A stretch of DNA of 46,894 bases, from contig CAZNOS010000002.1 of NCBI GenBank assembly GCA_964574775.1, forward strand, positions 1 to 46,894, given 5' to 3'. The translations under genes and the position numbers were made by a program. The stretch is from Candidatus Woesearchaeota archaeon (GTDB lineage Archaea; Nanobdellota; Nanobdellia; Pacearchaeales; GW2011-AR1). Below, one piece after another: positions 8,502 through 17,130 of the stretch. The notes beneath the pieces are model-generated. The model saw only the letters and a list, made by a program, of their open reading frames with translations. It was not told where the DNA came from and ran no database searches. The stretch's first letter is position 1, and each line of letters begins with the position of its first letter.

Positions 8502-8598
8502 GGCTTTCGTTCGTCGTTAAAAAATGTTCCATAGTTAGTAAAATTCTGAAACAAAGTTTCAGTAATCTTTCGGATTTACTCTTTTAATCAAAACCCAA

Positions 8599-11478
8599 TC
8601 ATCCCTTAACTACGCCTATCGGTCGTAATTTCGCAACCAATTTAGCAAGTCCGACTTTGTCAGAAACTTCAACGACTTCGTCAATATCTTTGTAAACTTC
8701 TGGAGCTTCTTCGACAATTCCCTTTTTACTTCCAGCTTCAAGTGTAATTCCTTTTTCTTTTAGGGATTTTTCTACAGATTCGGCTGTGATGTTTCTCCAT
8801 GCTGCGGTTCGACTAGAAACTCTTCCTGCGCCGTGAGCGGTTGATGCGAATGAGAGCTCTTCGGATTCCTTAGTTCCAACTAATACGTAGCTTGCAGTTC
8901 CCATACTTCCAGGAATTAAAACTGGCTGTCCGGTTTTTTGATATTTTTTAGGGAGCTCCTTTCTTCCCGGTCCGAAAGAACGAGTTGCACCCTTTCTCAT
9001 AATCAAGATATTTTTATCTTTTCCATCAATTTTATGTTCTTCAATTTTCGCGATGTTGTGGCAGACGTCGTATAAAACTTCGGATTGAAATTTTGGGAAT
9101 ATTTTTTTGAATGCTTCTCTAATTGAGTTAGTAATTAGTTGTTTGTTTGCGAAACCAAAATTCGCCGCACATGCCATAGCAGAAAGATATTTTTGTCCGA
9201 GTTCTGATTTGATTGGTGCGTTTACTAGTTCTCTGTCGTATTCTGGGTACCCATATTCTTTTTCCATGAGCTGGATGTAATCGGAGGCGACTTGGTGTCC
9301 TAATCCACGAGAACCACAGTGAATCATAATCGTGATTTGATCCTTTTCTAATCCGAATTCTTTTGCGATTTTGTCGTTTAAGATTTTATCAACGACCTGA
9401 AGTTCTACAAAATGATTTCCTGCACCGAGTGTTCCAAGTTGTGGCATTCCTCTACCCTTTGCTTTTTGAGAAACATCTTTTGGGTTTGCGTTTGGCAAAC
9501 ATCCGCCGTCTTCTGTGAATTTTGCATCGTCTTTTGTTGCGTAACCTTTCTCTATGCACCAGTTAATTCCTTTCGCCAAGACTTCATCTAGTTCTTTTAC
9601 TGTCAGATTTAGACTTGATTTACTTCCTACTCCGTTTGGCGTTGCCTTGAAAAGTTCGTGAGTTAATAATTTTTCTTTTCCTTTAATGTCGTCTAGCGTC
9701 AGATTTGTTTTAAGAATACGGACGCTGCAGTTAGAAACAACGAGTCCATTTGCGATAAAATTATGATTTGTATTATTAATTGTAAAGTCATAAACCAAAT
9801 CGTTATGTATAATTTCTTCTTTATTTTCAATCGTGTCCCACACGAATCCTTGTTCGCCATAGCAATTCTTTACTACAAACTCATTAAATGTTGGAAAACA
9901 AAAAGCGATTCTGCTTCCCGTTTGACCATAATTGCTATAGTAGATGGCCTTATCTATAAAATATTTATTTGAATATTCTGAGGATAAGGAGTTAATTATT
10001 ACAGATTTGCCAATACCATTTAATTTCATATCTCTAGCTTTAATCATAGTTTCTTCTCTAAATTTTATAACTTTTTCTTTTAATTTTAACCACACAATTG
10101 CGGCGTTTGCTAATTTTCTTTTTTTGATGTTGTAGTCATAATTTATCTCTGAAAAGAATCTGATTAAGTTTTCAGAATCAGAGTATATCATTAATCTTGT
10201 TCTAAATGAAGTGGTGCTATTTATTTCATTAACATCGTTTTTAATCAATACATTCCTGACTCCAAAATTATTCAGTATTGTGGAGATTTTATTGACGAAG
10301 TTAATCCCGTGCAGAGAGTTTCTTTTGTTTATAGAAAAAACTAGACCATAAAGATTAAATGAATGTCCACTCATTGTCTTCGGAGAGCTCATTTCTGCGC
10401 CAAATAAACTTGCTAAAAATAATCTTTGGTGCCATCTTGGAGAATTAAGTATCCAATCTGGTAAATCGTAATCTTTTTCGGCTTTATTTCCTTCGGGGGT
10501 TCCTAGCAAATAAAATAGGGTAGCTAATGCTGAAGAGCCATTATGTAATGAGTGCTCTATTCTGGAAAATTCGTATTTTTTGTATTGTGTTGTAATTTTA
10601 TGGTTTCTTTTTCTGGAAAAAAGATGACTTTTAAATCCTATTTTATCTAAATCTTCTTTAATTAGGGTCAAATCTTCTGTATCGCCATAAAAACTTGTTT
10701 GAGTATTTTTTTTAATGCTTAAATTTCCATCTCCAAATATAAAACCCATTATTTTAAGTATAATTGGTAATTTATTGTTGTCTGTGTACAATGGGAGTAG
10801 GTCCAATTTTTTCAGAATGTTTTTTATTTGTATTTTTGATGTAGGGCTTTTATTTAATTTATCTATATCTTCTTCTGATATTAATAATTTTCTATTTGGT
10901 TTTTCGTATTTTACTCCTTCAAACGGATAAGTTAGTATTTCTTCGTTTTGGTTTATATCTTTTAGTTCTTTCATTCCGGATTTTGTATAAATTGGATGTT
11001 CCGAAGTTGCCAAGATTTCTTCCCCCGATTTTGTCTTTAACTTAATGATTTTTTCAGAAGGTTTTTTCATAAATAAGGCAATTTCAGAATTTTTCATTTT
11101 TTTGGTATCTTTATCTAAAATTATTAGAGAGTCTTTGTTCTCATTTTCAAAATCTTTAAGGTTTTTCCAATAACCAAAGCTAGACAATATTCTAGAGTTT
11201 CCACTTAGGCAATTTATATCATACCCTACTCCGCCAGGTGAGATAACTCCTGTTTCTAAATCGAAAGCTGCGACACCGCCGATTGGAAAACCATAGCCCT
11301 GATGACAATCACTAAGCGCGATTGCGTTTTTTATTATTCCTGGCAAACAAGCAACGTTTTTTATTTGTTCAATAGCTTTGTCTTTTTTGATATTTTCCAT
11401 TAATTTTTCCGATGCGAAAATTATCGCCGGAACGTTCATTTTTCCTTCTTTTGGTATTTCGAATTGATAGTTTTTCAT
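8599..11478 (-). CDS. rtcB: RNA-splicing ligase RtcB, interrupted by an intein.
   Basis: N-extein: MKNYQFEIP...SDCHQGYGFPIGGVAAF...GGVGYDIN. C-extein: CSVRIL...GAGNHFVELQ...HCGSRGLGHQ...GSMGTASYVL...STAHGAGR. I chose the ATG at 11478 because the longer ORF-track start at 11544 would overlap the upstream gene. Confidence 0.9.
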   Translation of the reverse strand: MKNYQFEIPKEGKMNVPAIIFASEKLMENIKKDKAIEQIKNVACLPGIIKNAIALSDCHQGYGFPIGGVAAFDLETGVISPGGVGYDINCLSGNSRILSSFGYWKNLKDFENENKDSLIILDKDTKKMKNSEIALFMKKPSEKIIKLKTKSGEEILATSEHPIYTKSGMKELKDINQNEEILTYPFEGVKYEKPNRKLLISEEDIDKLNKSPTSKIQIKNILKKLDLLPLYTDNNKLPIILKIMGFIFGDGNLSIKKNTQTSFYGDTEDLTLIKEDLDKIGFKSHLFSRKRNHKITTQYKKYEFSRIEHSLHNGSSALATLFYLLGTPEGNKAEKDYDLPDWILNSPRWHQRLFLASLFGAEMSSPKTMSGHSFNLYGLVFSINKRNSLHGINFVNKISTILNNFGVRNVLIKNDVNEINSTTSFRTRLMIYSDSENLIRFFSEINYDYNIKKRKLANAAIVWLKLKEKVIKFREETMIKARDMKLNGIGKSVIINSLSSEYSNKYFIDKAIYYSNYGQTGSRIAFCFPTFNEFVVKNCYGEQGFVWDTIENKEEIIHNDLVYDFTINNTNHNFIANGLVVSNCSVRILKTNLTLDDIKGKEKLLTHELFKATPNGVGSKSSLNLTVKELDEVLAKGINWCIEKGYATKDDAKFTEDGGCLPNANPKDVSQKAKGRGMPQLGTLGAGNHFVELQVVDKILNDKIAKEFGLEKDQITIMIHCGSRGLGHQVASDYIQLMEKEYGYPEYDRELVNAPIKSELGQKYLSAMACAANFGFANKQLITNSIREAFKKIFPKFQSEVLYDVCHNIAKIEEHKIDGKDKNILIMRKGATRSFGPGRKELPKKYQKTGQPVLIPGSMGTASYVLVGTKESEELSFASTAHGAGRVSSRTAAWRNITAESVEKSLKEKGITLEAGSKKGIVEEAPEVYKDIDEVVEVSDKVGLAKLVAKLRPIGVVKG
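9730..11211 (-). mobile_element. Intein (494 aa) with a LAGLIDADG-type homing endonuclease domain, inserted in RtcB.
   Basis: It starts CLSGNSRIL (block A) and has TSEHP (block B). The LAGLIDADG-like motifs are IMGFIFGDGNLS and LFLASLFGAEMS. It ends NGLVVSN and is followed by a +1 Cys (CSVRIL). Removing it restores the conserved GYDIN-C RtcB motif. Confidence 0.85.
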
Positions 11479-11500
11479 AATTAGAATAGAATTATTTGGT

Positions 11501-12523
11501 TTATATGTTTTTGTTTCTTTTTCTGAATAATAATATTGCTGCAATTATCACTATAACTATCAAAATCGTTAATATTGGAGAGCTATTTGTTTTGACTTCT
11601 TCTATTATTTTTCCACTTATAACGTTTTGATTTGAAAATGATATAAAAATTAATGCAAGCATTGCAACTGCAATTGCAACTCTAGACTCTAGTTCTCCGA
11701 ATACTTTTCTTATTGTTTTTGAAGTAGGGTCTTTCGCTCTTTTCTTTAGAACAATTAGAGGTGTTCTTGCTTCATACATTTTTACTGCTTCCGCGTCTTC
11801 TCCTTGATAATTCTCTAAAAATACTTCTCTAAGATTTTCTCTTTGACGAGAAGTTATTTTTCCCTCTTCTGCCAACTGATCTATTGCATGAGTTACTTTT
11901 CCCAAATCGGCGTTTGGATCAGACATCTTTACATTGTCTGGGTCTAAAAAATAAAGCTCTCCATTTACATAGTGGAAGTTCCCTAGGTGAGCGTCTCCGT
12001 GTATAAATGATTTTGCTTTAGGAATATATTTGTTTATTTTTTCTACTAATCTATGTGCCTCTCGATTACTTAAATGCCCTCTTTCTAGTGCTTTTGCTGC
12101 GTGAAGAATCATTTTTTTTTCATCGGGAGAGTCTCCATACTTAAATTTTGGCCTGGCTGCTGTATCTTGATGTAGTTTTTCTAATTCTCTTCCAAGTAAT
12201 TTTAGTGCATCTTTAGCGTTTGGATCTCCTTCTGTTATCATGCTCTTAATGCTTTTTCCTCTTACAAAATCGTATGCAATTTCAGTTCCATTTCTATAAA
12301 CAATTGTGGGTGTTTTAACACTTGCAGATAAAACATCGTATCCTCTTAACATATCTTGTGCATCTTTATTTGATCCATATTTCTTTAGAACATATTCTAG
12401 GACTTGATCTTCTTTTTTTGCTGTAACAAGTCTAACATCATTGACAAATCCCCCGCCTAACTTTTTTTCAGTTATTTCATAACCTTGTCTTTTTAATGTA
12501 TTTACAAAATCTCTTTCTGGCAT
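11501..12523 (-). CDS. Membrane-anchored kinase-like protein (APH/choline-kinase-like phosphotransferase fold).
   Basis: It has a Gly-rich LGGGFVNDV, a catalytic-loop-like HGDAHLGNF and a downstream FLDPD. Two C-terminal hydrophobic helices are present. Its stop lies 22 nt upstream of the rtcB ATG. Confidence 0.5.
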   Translation of the reverse strand: MPERDFVNTLKRQGYEITEKKLGGGFVNDVRLVTAKKEDQVLEYVLKKYGSNKDAQDMLRGYDVLSASVKTPTIVYRNGTEIAYDFVRGKSIKSMITEGDPNAKDALKLLGRELEKLHQDTAARPKFKYGDSPDEKKMILHAAKALERGHLSNREAHRLVEKINKYIPKAKSFIHGDAHLGNFHYVNGELYFLDPDNVKMSDPNADLGKVTHAIDQLAEEGKITSRQRENLREVFLENYQGEDAEAVKMYEARTPLIVLKKRAKDPTSKTIRKVFGELESRVAIAVAMLALIFISFSNQNVISGKIIEEVKTNSSPILTILIVIVIIAAILLFRKRNKNI

Positions 12524-12598
12524 TTAGATATGTGTTATAATAAATATATAAATCTTAGCACTTAAACATCCAGTACGACTTGCGTCTGCAATGGTTTG

Positions 12599-13570
12599 TC
12601 ATAATACTTTTGTTAGATCTAATTCGCCTATGGGTTCATTCGTAATTAAAATTAAATCATAACTTTTGATAAAGTCTGGGAATCTCTCTTTCATGGTTTT
12701 CATCATATCGTTGGTGTGTTCATAATTTTTTGTTTCCATTTCTAGTTCGAGCATCCATGGGCCGACCTTTTTTTCATAGTGGAAAACATTTCCGAGTTCT
12801 TTACAATATTCTTTTAGTTTGCTATCTTTTTCTACGGAATAATTTTTTAAATTTACAATTACTTTATAGAAACTATATCCTAGTTTAGAGATATCTAATT
12901 GAAGTCTAAATCTGGATATTATTTTTCTTTTTATTAAGTCTTTAATTCTGTAGATTACGATTCTTTCCGTTGTGTTTATTTTTTCAGCAATGTCTACAGA
13001 AGAAACCCTTGAGTTTGTTGAAAGTTCTCCGAGTATTTTTCTATCAGTTTCGTCTATATCCTCTTTTTTTATTTCTTTTAACCAACTAACTCCTTCTGAT
13101 GGTTGATTTGTAAAATATGAACGCGAAAATATTTCTGCCTCTACGTGCGAAGCTATTTCTTGATTGAGAATATATTTTCCGAATTCAATGTGAAAATTAT
13201 TAATGCAATCGTGAAGTTCTTTTACGTCTTTAACTACAAAGCTGATAATCATATTCCATTTTCCAGCACATTGTGCCGTCCACCAAACTTTTTTATTTTT
13301 TTTAAGAAATTCTATCATCTTTTTTTCTATAGCAGGAGTTGTTTCCTGAAACTCAAGATAAATATTCCAAATCATCACGCCAAACTTGCCCGCGTCTAGG
13401 AGTGTTGCAAAGTTTTTTATTATTCCTTCGTCTTGAAGTTTCTTTATTCTATATTCAATAACGTTTCGTGCCTTATGTAGTTTTTTAGAGAGAATCGTAA
13501 TTGGTTGACGAGAATCTTTGTCTAGTTCTACAAGTATCTTTCTATCCAGTCCGTCGAGTTCATATGTCAT
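12599..13570 (-). CDS. Tandem (duplicated) Lrp/AsnC-family transcriptional regulator.
   Basis: 323 aa with two consecutive HTH-plus-effector-domain units: LDRKILVELDKDSRQPITILSKKLHKARNVIEYRIKKLQDEGII and TDRKILGELSTNSRVSSVDIAEKINTTERIVIYRIKDLIKRKII. Confidence 0.7.
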   Translation of the reverse strand: MTYELDGLDRKILVELDKDSRQPITILSKKLHKARNVIEYRIKKLQDEGIIKNFATLLDAGKFGVMIWNIYLEFQETTPAIEKKMIEFLKKNKKVWWTAQCAGKWNMIISFVVKDVKELHDCINNFHIEFGKYILNQEIASHVEAEIFSRSYFTNQPSEGVSWLKEIKKEDIDETDRKILGELSTNSRVSSVDIAEKINTTERIVIYRIKDLIKRKIISRFRLQLDISKLGYSFYKVIVNLKNYSVEKDSKLKEYCKELGNVFHYEKKVGPWMLELEMETKNYEHTNDMMKTMKERFPDFIKSYDLILITNEPIGELDLTKVL

Positions 13571-13683
13571 AATTGTAATAAGTTACAATTAGTATTTAAA
13601 TCTTGCTGTTTATTACTAATATCTATATGATAAACTATAAATACATACATTATATTACTATTGTTAAGGAGTTAAAACCTAAG

Positions 13684-14457
13684 ATGAAACAAAAACAAGA
13701 AGAAAAGCAAAGTAAATGCGCATTAGCTATAGCAACAAAGGTTGGAGAAAGTATGTTCAAGGGACTAGTTCTCCTTAATGTAAGAAGACACTGCGGTTTG
13801 TCTACTCCACAGTATATTGTTACGTTCGGATTACCTATCGAAGAACAGTTTGCTTTACCAATCGGCCTTGGAGAATTAGAAAGTCTAGAAAGAAATTCCA
13901 CCTTAGACCAAGTTCTTGCTTTTTGGAAACGCCAAGCAGGCATCACAAATCGTTTAAAAGTTAATGTTAGTTCTCCTAAAAACTATGGAAGATATTCTCC
14001 GGCTAGAGAAGTGCCTTTAGAAAGCTTAGATAAAAACGAGCTTTTCATCGAACTGGAATATCGAAGGCTAGTATCCGCTGCAGAAGACTTGCCTAAAAGA
14101 AAAGTTAGGCAGTTGTTTAGAGAAGCCAAGGATTACATTAAATCTGGAAGAATAGAAGACGTATTACTTAGTGCACGTAGAAGAGGCATCTCAAAATGCA
14201 ATACATTTCCTTTGGAAGATTTCTTGAAAATAAGTGATTTATCTCTAGGCTACAGAGCAACTTCTTTTGCAGAATTGCTTTTATCTACCCAGAATGAGGC
14301 ATGGGATTATCGATACAGAAACCAAGCTGGAAGAATACAATATCCTCATTTCGGGAGTTTAAATTTGGAGGATTGGGGGAATCTTCCACGAGTAGGAAGA
14401 GCGATCAAAGATATTGATAAACTAATCTCAGAGTATCGCGGAGGGGATTCAGAATGA
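13684..14457 (+). CDS. Hypothetical protein, with a possible degenerate XRE-like HTH near the N-terminus.
   Basis: The ATG at 13684 is preceded by AAGGAG. The track start at 13603 (TTG) adds an implausible Ile/Tyr-rich extension. The segment RRHCGLSTPQYIVTFGL...ELESLER is weakly HTH-like. The stop overlaps the next ATG (ATGA). Confidence 0.55.
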   Translation: MKQKQEEKQSKCALAIATKVGESMFKGLVLLNVRRHCGLSTPQYIVTFGLPIEEQFALPIGLGELESLERNSTLDQVLAFWKRQAGITNRLKVNVSSPKNYGRYSPAREVPLESLDKNELFIELEYRRLVSAAEDLPKRKVRQLFREAKDYIKSGRIEDVLLSARRRGISKCNTFPLEDFLKISDLSLGYRATSFAELLLSTQNEAWDYRYRNQAGRIQYPHFGSLNLEDWGNLPRVGRAIKDIDKLISEYRGGDSE

Positions 14458-14999
14458 CAGAACAAAATTTAAATTTAATTGTTGAAGGCAAGAATAAAGA
14501 ACTTCGACTTGCAGATTGGCAATATGGCGATAGGGTTGAAGTACTAAGACAAAGCAGGAAGAAACAATTTGTTTCTCCATTTAGAGGGGCTCTTGAAGAT
14601 TGCTATTATGACGACTGCCAGGGAACTGGCCGATATCATTGGCGTACCGCTATCTCCGATAGATACATAGTAAAAAATGCACTTCGACTAATTGAAAATC
14701 CGCCTAAAGAACTGCAGCAAATTGGTGTATGGACCGATTATAATGATATATTAAGGGAAAGTATGACGCCAAGAGGAAAACCTTCTTGGGCAAATGGTAT
14801 CTATGTAGAATTACCGCCGAAGCCAATTATGGTTGCTAAGGGTTGGTTGGTTTGGGGTTATTCTTACAAATTTATGGAAGTAAAATTACGCCAGCTTATT
14901 ATCAATGAAAAAAGAGTTGAAACGAGAAGAGAGCTAGATCTGCTAAGAAGAAGTGACAGGATCGTTGATGAACATGAATTCGATGGATGGTGTCGCTAA
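14454..14999 (+). CDS. Hypothetical protein (Trp/Arg-rich), translationally coupled to the upstream ORF.
   Basis: 181 aa. There is an ATGA overlap at 14454-14457 and GGAGG upstream of the start. No family was recognised. Confidence 0.55.
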   Translation: MTEQNLNLIVEGKNKELRLADWQYGDRVEVLRQSRKKQFVSPFRGALEDCYYDDCQGTGRYHWRTAISDRYIVKNALRLIENPPKELQQIGVWTDYNDILRESMTPRGKPSWANGIYVELPPKPIMVAKGWLVWGYSYKFMEVKLRQLIINEKRVETRRELDLLRRSDRIVDEHEFDGWCR

Positions 15000-15087
15000 A
15001 ATGAGAACCAGTGAGAATTTATTACAAGACTTGCCAATGATTATGGTTGAGTGAAGGGTTAAAAATTAAAGTTCAATTTAAAAAATT

Positions 15088-15507
15088 TTAAACATCCAAT
15101 ACAACCTGTATTTTCCAGGTGTTTTTTTCAGGATTTTGTTCTACTGACATTTCGTTATAAGTTACAGCTTTCACGTCGTTTGTAAATTTGTAATTTTCTG
15201 TTTTATCGCCAGTTATTGTGGCATTTAATTTGAATAGCTTTGGATCTATTTGTATATTTTTTATGTTGGAAAATAAGAAGTCTTCGGAGTCTAGGAGGAC
15301 TAAAAATTCTTCTAGGAACTTGTATAATAGATTTTCTAAGCTTGTTCCTTCGATTTGTATGTCTTTAGTTAGTTGTTCTAGAATTGTTATTTTGCCACAG
15401 ATTGATTCTTGTAGTGCTTTTGCGGATTCTATAAATGCGTTTTCGAGCGTGTCGGCTTCCGCTACAAACTTCACATCGGCTGTATGATCTAGAAAGTGAT
15501 AAGTCAT
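15088..15507 (-). CDS. Archease (RtcB activator).
   Basis: The N-terminus MTYHFLDHTADVKFVAEADTLENAFIESAKAL and the C-terminus KAVTYNEMSV...WKIQVVLDV match archease hallmarks. Confidence 0.85.
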   Translation of the reverse strand: MTYHFLDHTADVKFVAEADTLENAFIESAKALQESICGKITILEQLTKDIQIEGTSLENLLYKFLEEFLVLLDSEDFLFSNIKNIQIDPKLFKLNATITGDKTENYKFTNDVKAVTYNEMSVEQNPEKNTWKIQVVLDV

Positions 15508-15552
15508 TTGACGTAATTAGGTGTTATTTAGGGTTTAAAAGTGTTTGCTGGA

Positions 15553-16092
15553 TTAGATGATTTTCGCGGATAGTATCTTGACTTCTTGAAGTGGTCGGTC
15601 TTGATTATTTGTTTCTACTTTAGCTATTTTATCTACTACGTCCATTCCTTCAATTACATCTCCAAAGACAGGATGTTTTCCGTCAAGAAAGTTATTGTTT
15701 ACTAGATTTATGAAAAACTGAGAGCTCCCAGTGTTTGGTCCAGCGTTCGCCATCGCTAGTGTGCCTCTGTTATTTTTTTGTATTCCATTAAATTCGTCTT
15801 TGATTTTTGGTATTTTGGGGTCGCCGTAGCCAGTTCCAGTTGGGTCGCCACCCTGAATCATAAATCCGTCCATTACTCTATGGAATATTACTCCGTCGTA
15901 AACTCCTGTTTTTACTAGGTTTTCAAAATTTCCGGCAGTTATTGGTTGGTCTGCCCTTAGTAGAATCGTTATATTTCCATAATTTGTTTCTAGTAAAACT
16001 TTTGTTTCTTGGTCCATTGTAAAATAAATTGCGGTTGCGATTACTAAAGCAAAAACAATTCCTATGGTTATAAATGTTGTGTTCCTTTTCAT
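15553..16092 (-). CDS. Cyclophilin-type peptidyl-prolyl cis-trans isomerase with an N-terminal membrane anchor.
   Basis: It carries FHRVMDGFMIQGGDP...GTLAMANAGPNTGSSQFFINL...HPVFGDV. The N-terminal helix is TFITIGIVFALVIATAIYF. Confidence 0.85.
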   Translation of the reverse strand: MKRNTTFITIGIVFALVIATAIYFTMDQETKVLLETNYGNITILLRADQPITAGNFENLVKTGVYDGVIFHRVMDGFMIQGGDPTGTGYGDPKIPKIKDEFNGIQKNNRGTLAMANAGPNTGSSQFFINLVNNNFLDGKHPVFGDVIEGMDVVDKIAKVETNNQDRPLQEVKILSAKII

Positions 16093-16122
16093 GTTTAAGA
16101 TAGTAATGTGGTGTTTTTAAAT

Positions 16123-16746
16123 TTATTTCAAAATCTTTCCAGTCTCAAGATACCAAAGATATAGGTCAAGCTCTGCAAGATTTAGATTGACTTTTTGACC
16201 CAGTTTTTCTAAAATTTTTTCAATTTCTAAATATTTTTTTGGCGTTATTGTTTTTGGTCGTTCGATTAAGTTTTCTCTTTCTAATAAATCAATTATATGA
16301 AAATCGATTATCGCTAAATCTTTGTAGCCGACGTTTCTTAAAAAATGAGAGGATTCTTTCATGCCGAGACCCTTTACGTTTTTTACGAGCCAGTCACGCA
16401 TTTCTACTCCGGATTTTTTAAAAACTAAGGAGCAAAGTTCGGTTTTACATTCTCGTGCTTCGACAATTCTTTCGGCTCTTTGCGGCCAAAATCTGTGACC
16501 AACCTCTTTTAGTTTTTTAGCGAGTTCTTCTTTTGGGATGATTTCGAAATCTCGTTCCATGTCTGATTGGATTCGGATACATTTTTCAGCTTGAAAGTTT
16601 GCAGTTAATAGACAGAAGCATAGTTCAGAGAAAACTTTGTCTTGTTTTGATTTTCCGTATTCTTCGAATTCCTTTATTCGATTGTCTACGACTTCTTTTA
16701 TTGGAGAGTTTTTCAATTTTTCAATTTGTTGGATGAGTGGTGACAT
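16123..16746 (-). CDS. ogg: Archaeal 8-oxoguanine DNA glycosylase / N-glycosylase-DNA lyase (Ogg2-type, HhH-GPD).
   Basis: 207 aa. It has CFCLLTANFQAEK and the HhH region GLGMKESSHFLRNVGYKDLAIIDFHI. Confidence 0.75.
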   Translation of the reverse strand: MSPLIQQIEKLKNSPIKEVVDNRIKEFEEYGKSKQDKVFSELCFCLLTANFQAEKCIRIQSDMERDFEIIPKEELAKKLKEVGHRFWPQRAERIVEARECKTELCSLVFKKSGVEMRDWLVKNVKGLGMKESSHFLRNVGYKDLAIIDFHIIDLLERENLIERPKTITPKKYLEIEKILEKLGQKVNLNLAELDLYLWYLETGKILK

Positions 16747-16775
16747 ATATAGAGAAAGTATGGAATCTTTATTAA

Positions 16776-17042
16776 TTATTTGTTTTTCTTATTGGATAAT
16801 ATTTTTGGCGTGCATTTAACAACGTTCCAATAAAATATAAAATGTAATATTGTCAATACAATGAGTGCTATACCGAAATAATCGTGCATTAGGGACCACG
16901 TGTGTCTTTCTATTAAAAGAAATGTTTGCCCCGGAATTCCTTTAACGAAAGAAAATTTTAATATTAATCCAGATATGGCAGTGACTATAAATGAAATGGA
17001 AAGTAAAATGTCGCCTATTACTCTTAATTTTGGATTAATCAT
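16776..17042 (-). CDS. Small His-containing membrane protein (possibly DUF4405-like).
   Basis: 88 aa with two hydrophobic helices and conserved-looking His residues (ERHTWSLMHDYFG...LTILHFIFYW). Confidence 0.4.
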   Translation of the reverse strand: MINPKLRVIGDILLSISFIVTAISGLILKFSFVKGIPGQTFLLIERHTWSLMHDYFGIALIVLTILHFIFYWNVVKCTPKILSNKKNK

Positions 17043-17130
17043 TTATTTAGTATTGTTTTGTTGTTTTTAAATTGTTGGTAATAGTGTTAACTGTCGATAA
17101 ACTTTTAAGTCGTGAAATTCTATTGTTTTT

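Noticed and set aside
8546-8562. The hairpin CTGAAAC-AAA-GTTTCAG between rtcB and the Cys-rich gene, considered as a terminator.
   Set aside because: It is a perfect 7-bp stem, but no convincing T-run follows on the transcribed (minus) strand. Archaeal termination mostly relies on oligo-T, so I left it unannotated.
8564-8577. The 14-mer AATCTTTCGGATTT occurs twice, at 8564-8577 and 19695-19708, in both cases intergenic.
   Set aside because: In about 94 kb of two-strand AT-rich sequence, several exact 14-mer pairs are expected by chance. There is no extended similarity around either copy.
9763-10930. Plus-strand ORFs (9763-9972, 9944-10135, 10715-10930) antisense to the RtcB intein.
   Set aside because: They are antisense to a continuous intein/homing-endonuclease frame with recognisable motifs. 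Their translations are Ile/Phe/Asn-rich, as expected from AT-rich antisense sequence.
11479-11544. A longer RtcB ORF start (MQQYYYSEKETKTYKPNNSILI...).
   Set aside because: The extension overlaps the 3' end of the upstream kinase-like gene by 44 nt and adds residues unlike RtcB N-termini. The ATG at 11478 (MKNYQFEIP) fits conserved RtcB starts.
13603-13683. An N-terminal extension of the ORFan (MLFITNIYMINYKYIHYITIVKELKPK), taken from a TTG start.
   Set aside because: This is an AT-rich promoter-like region translated by chance. An AAGGAG SD precedes the ATG at 13684.
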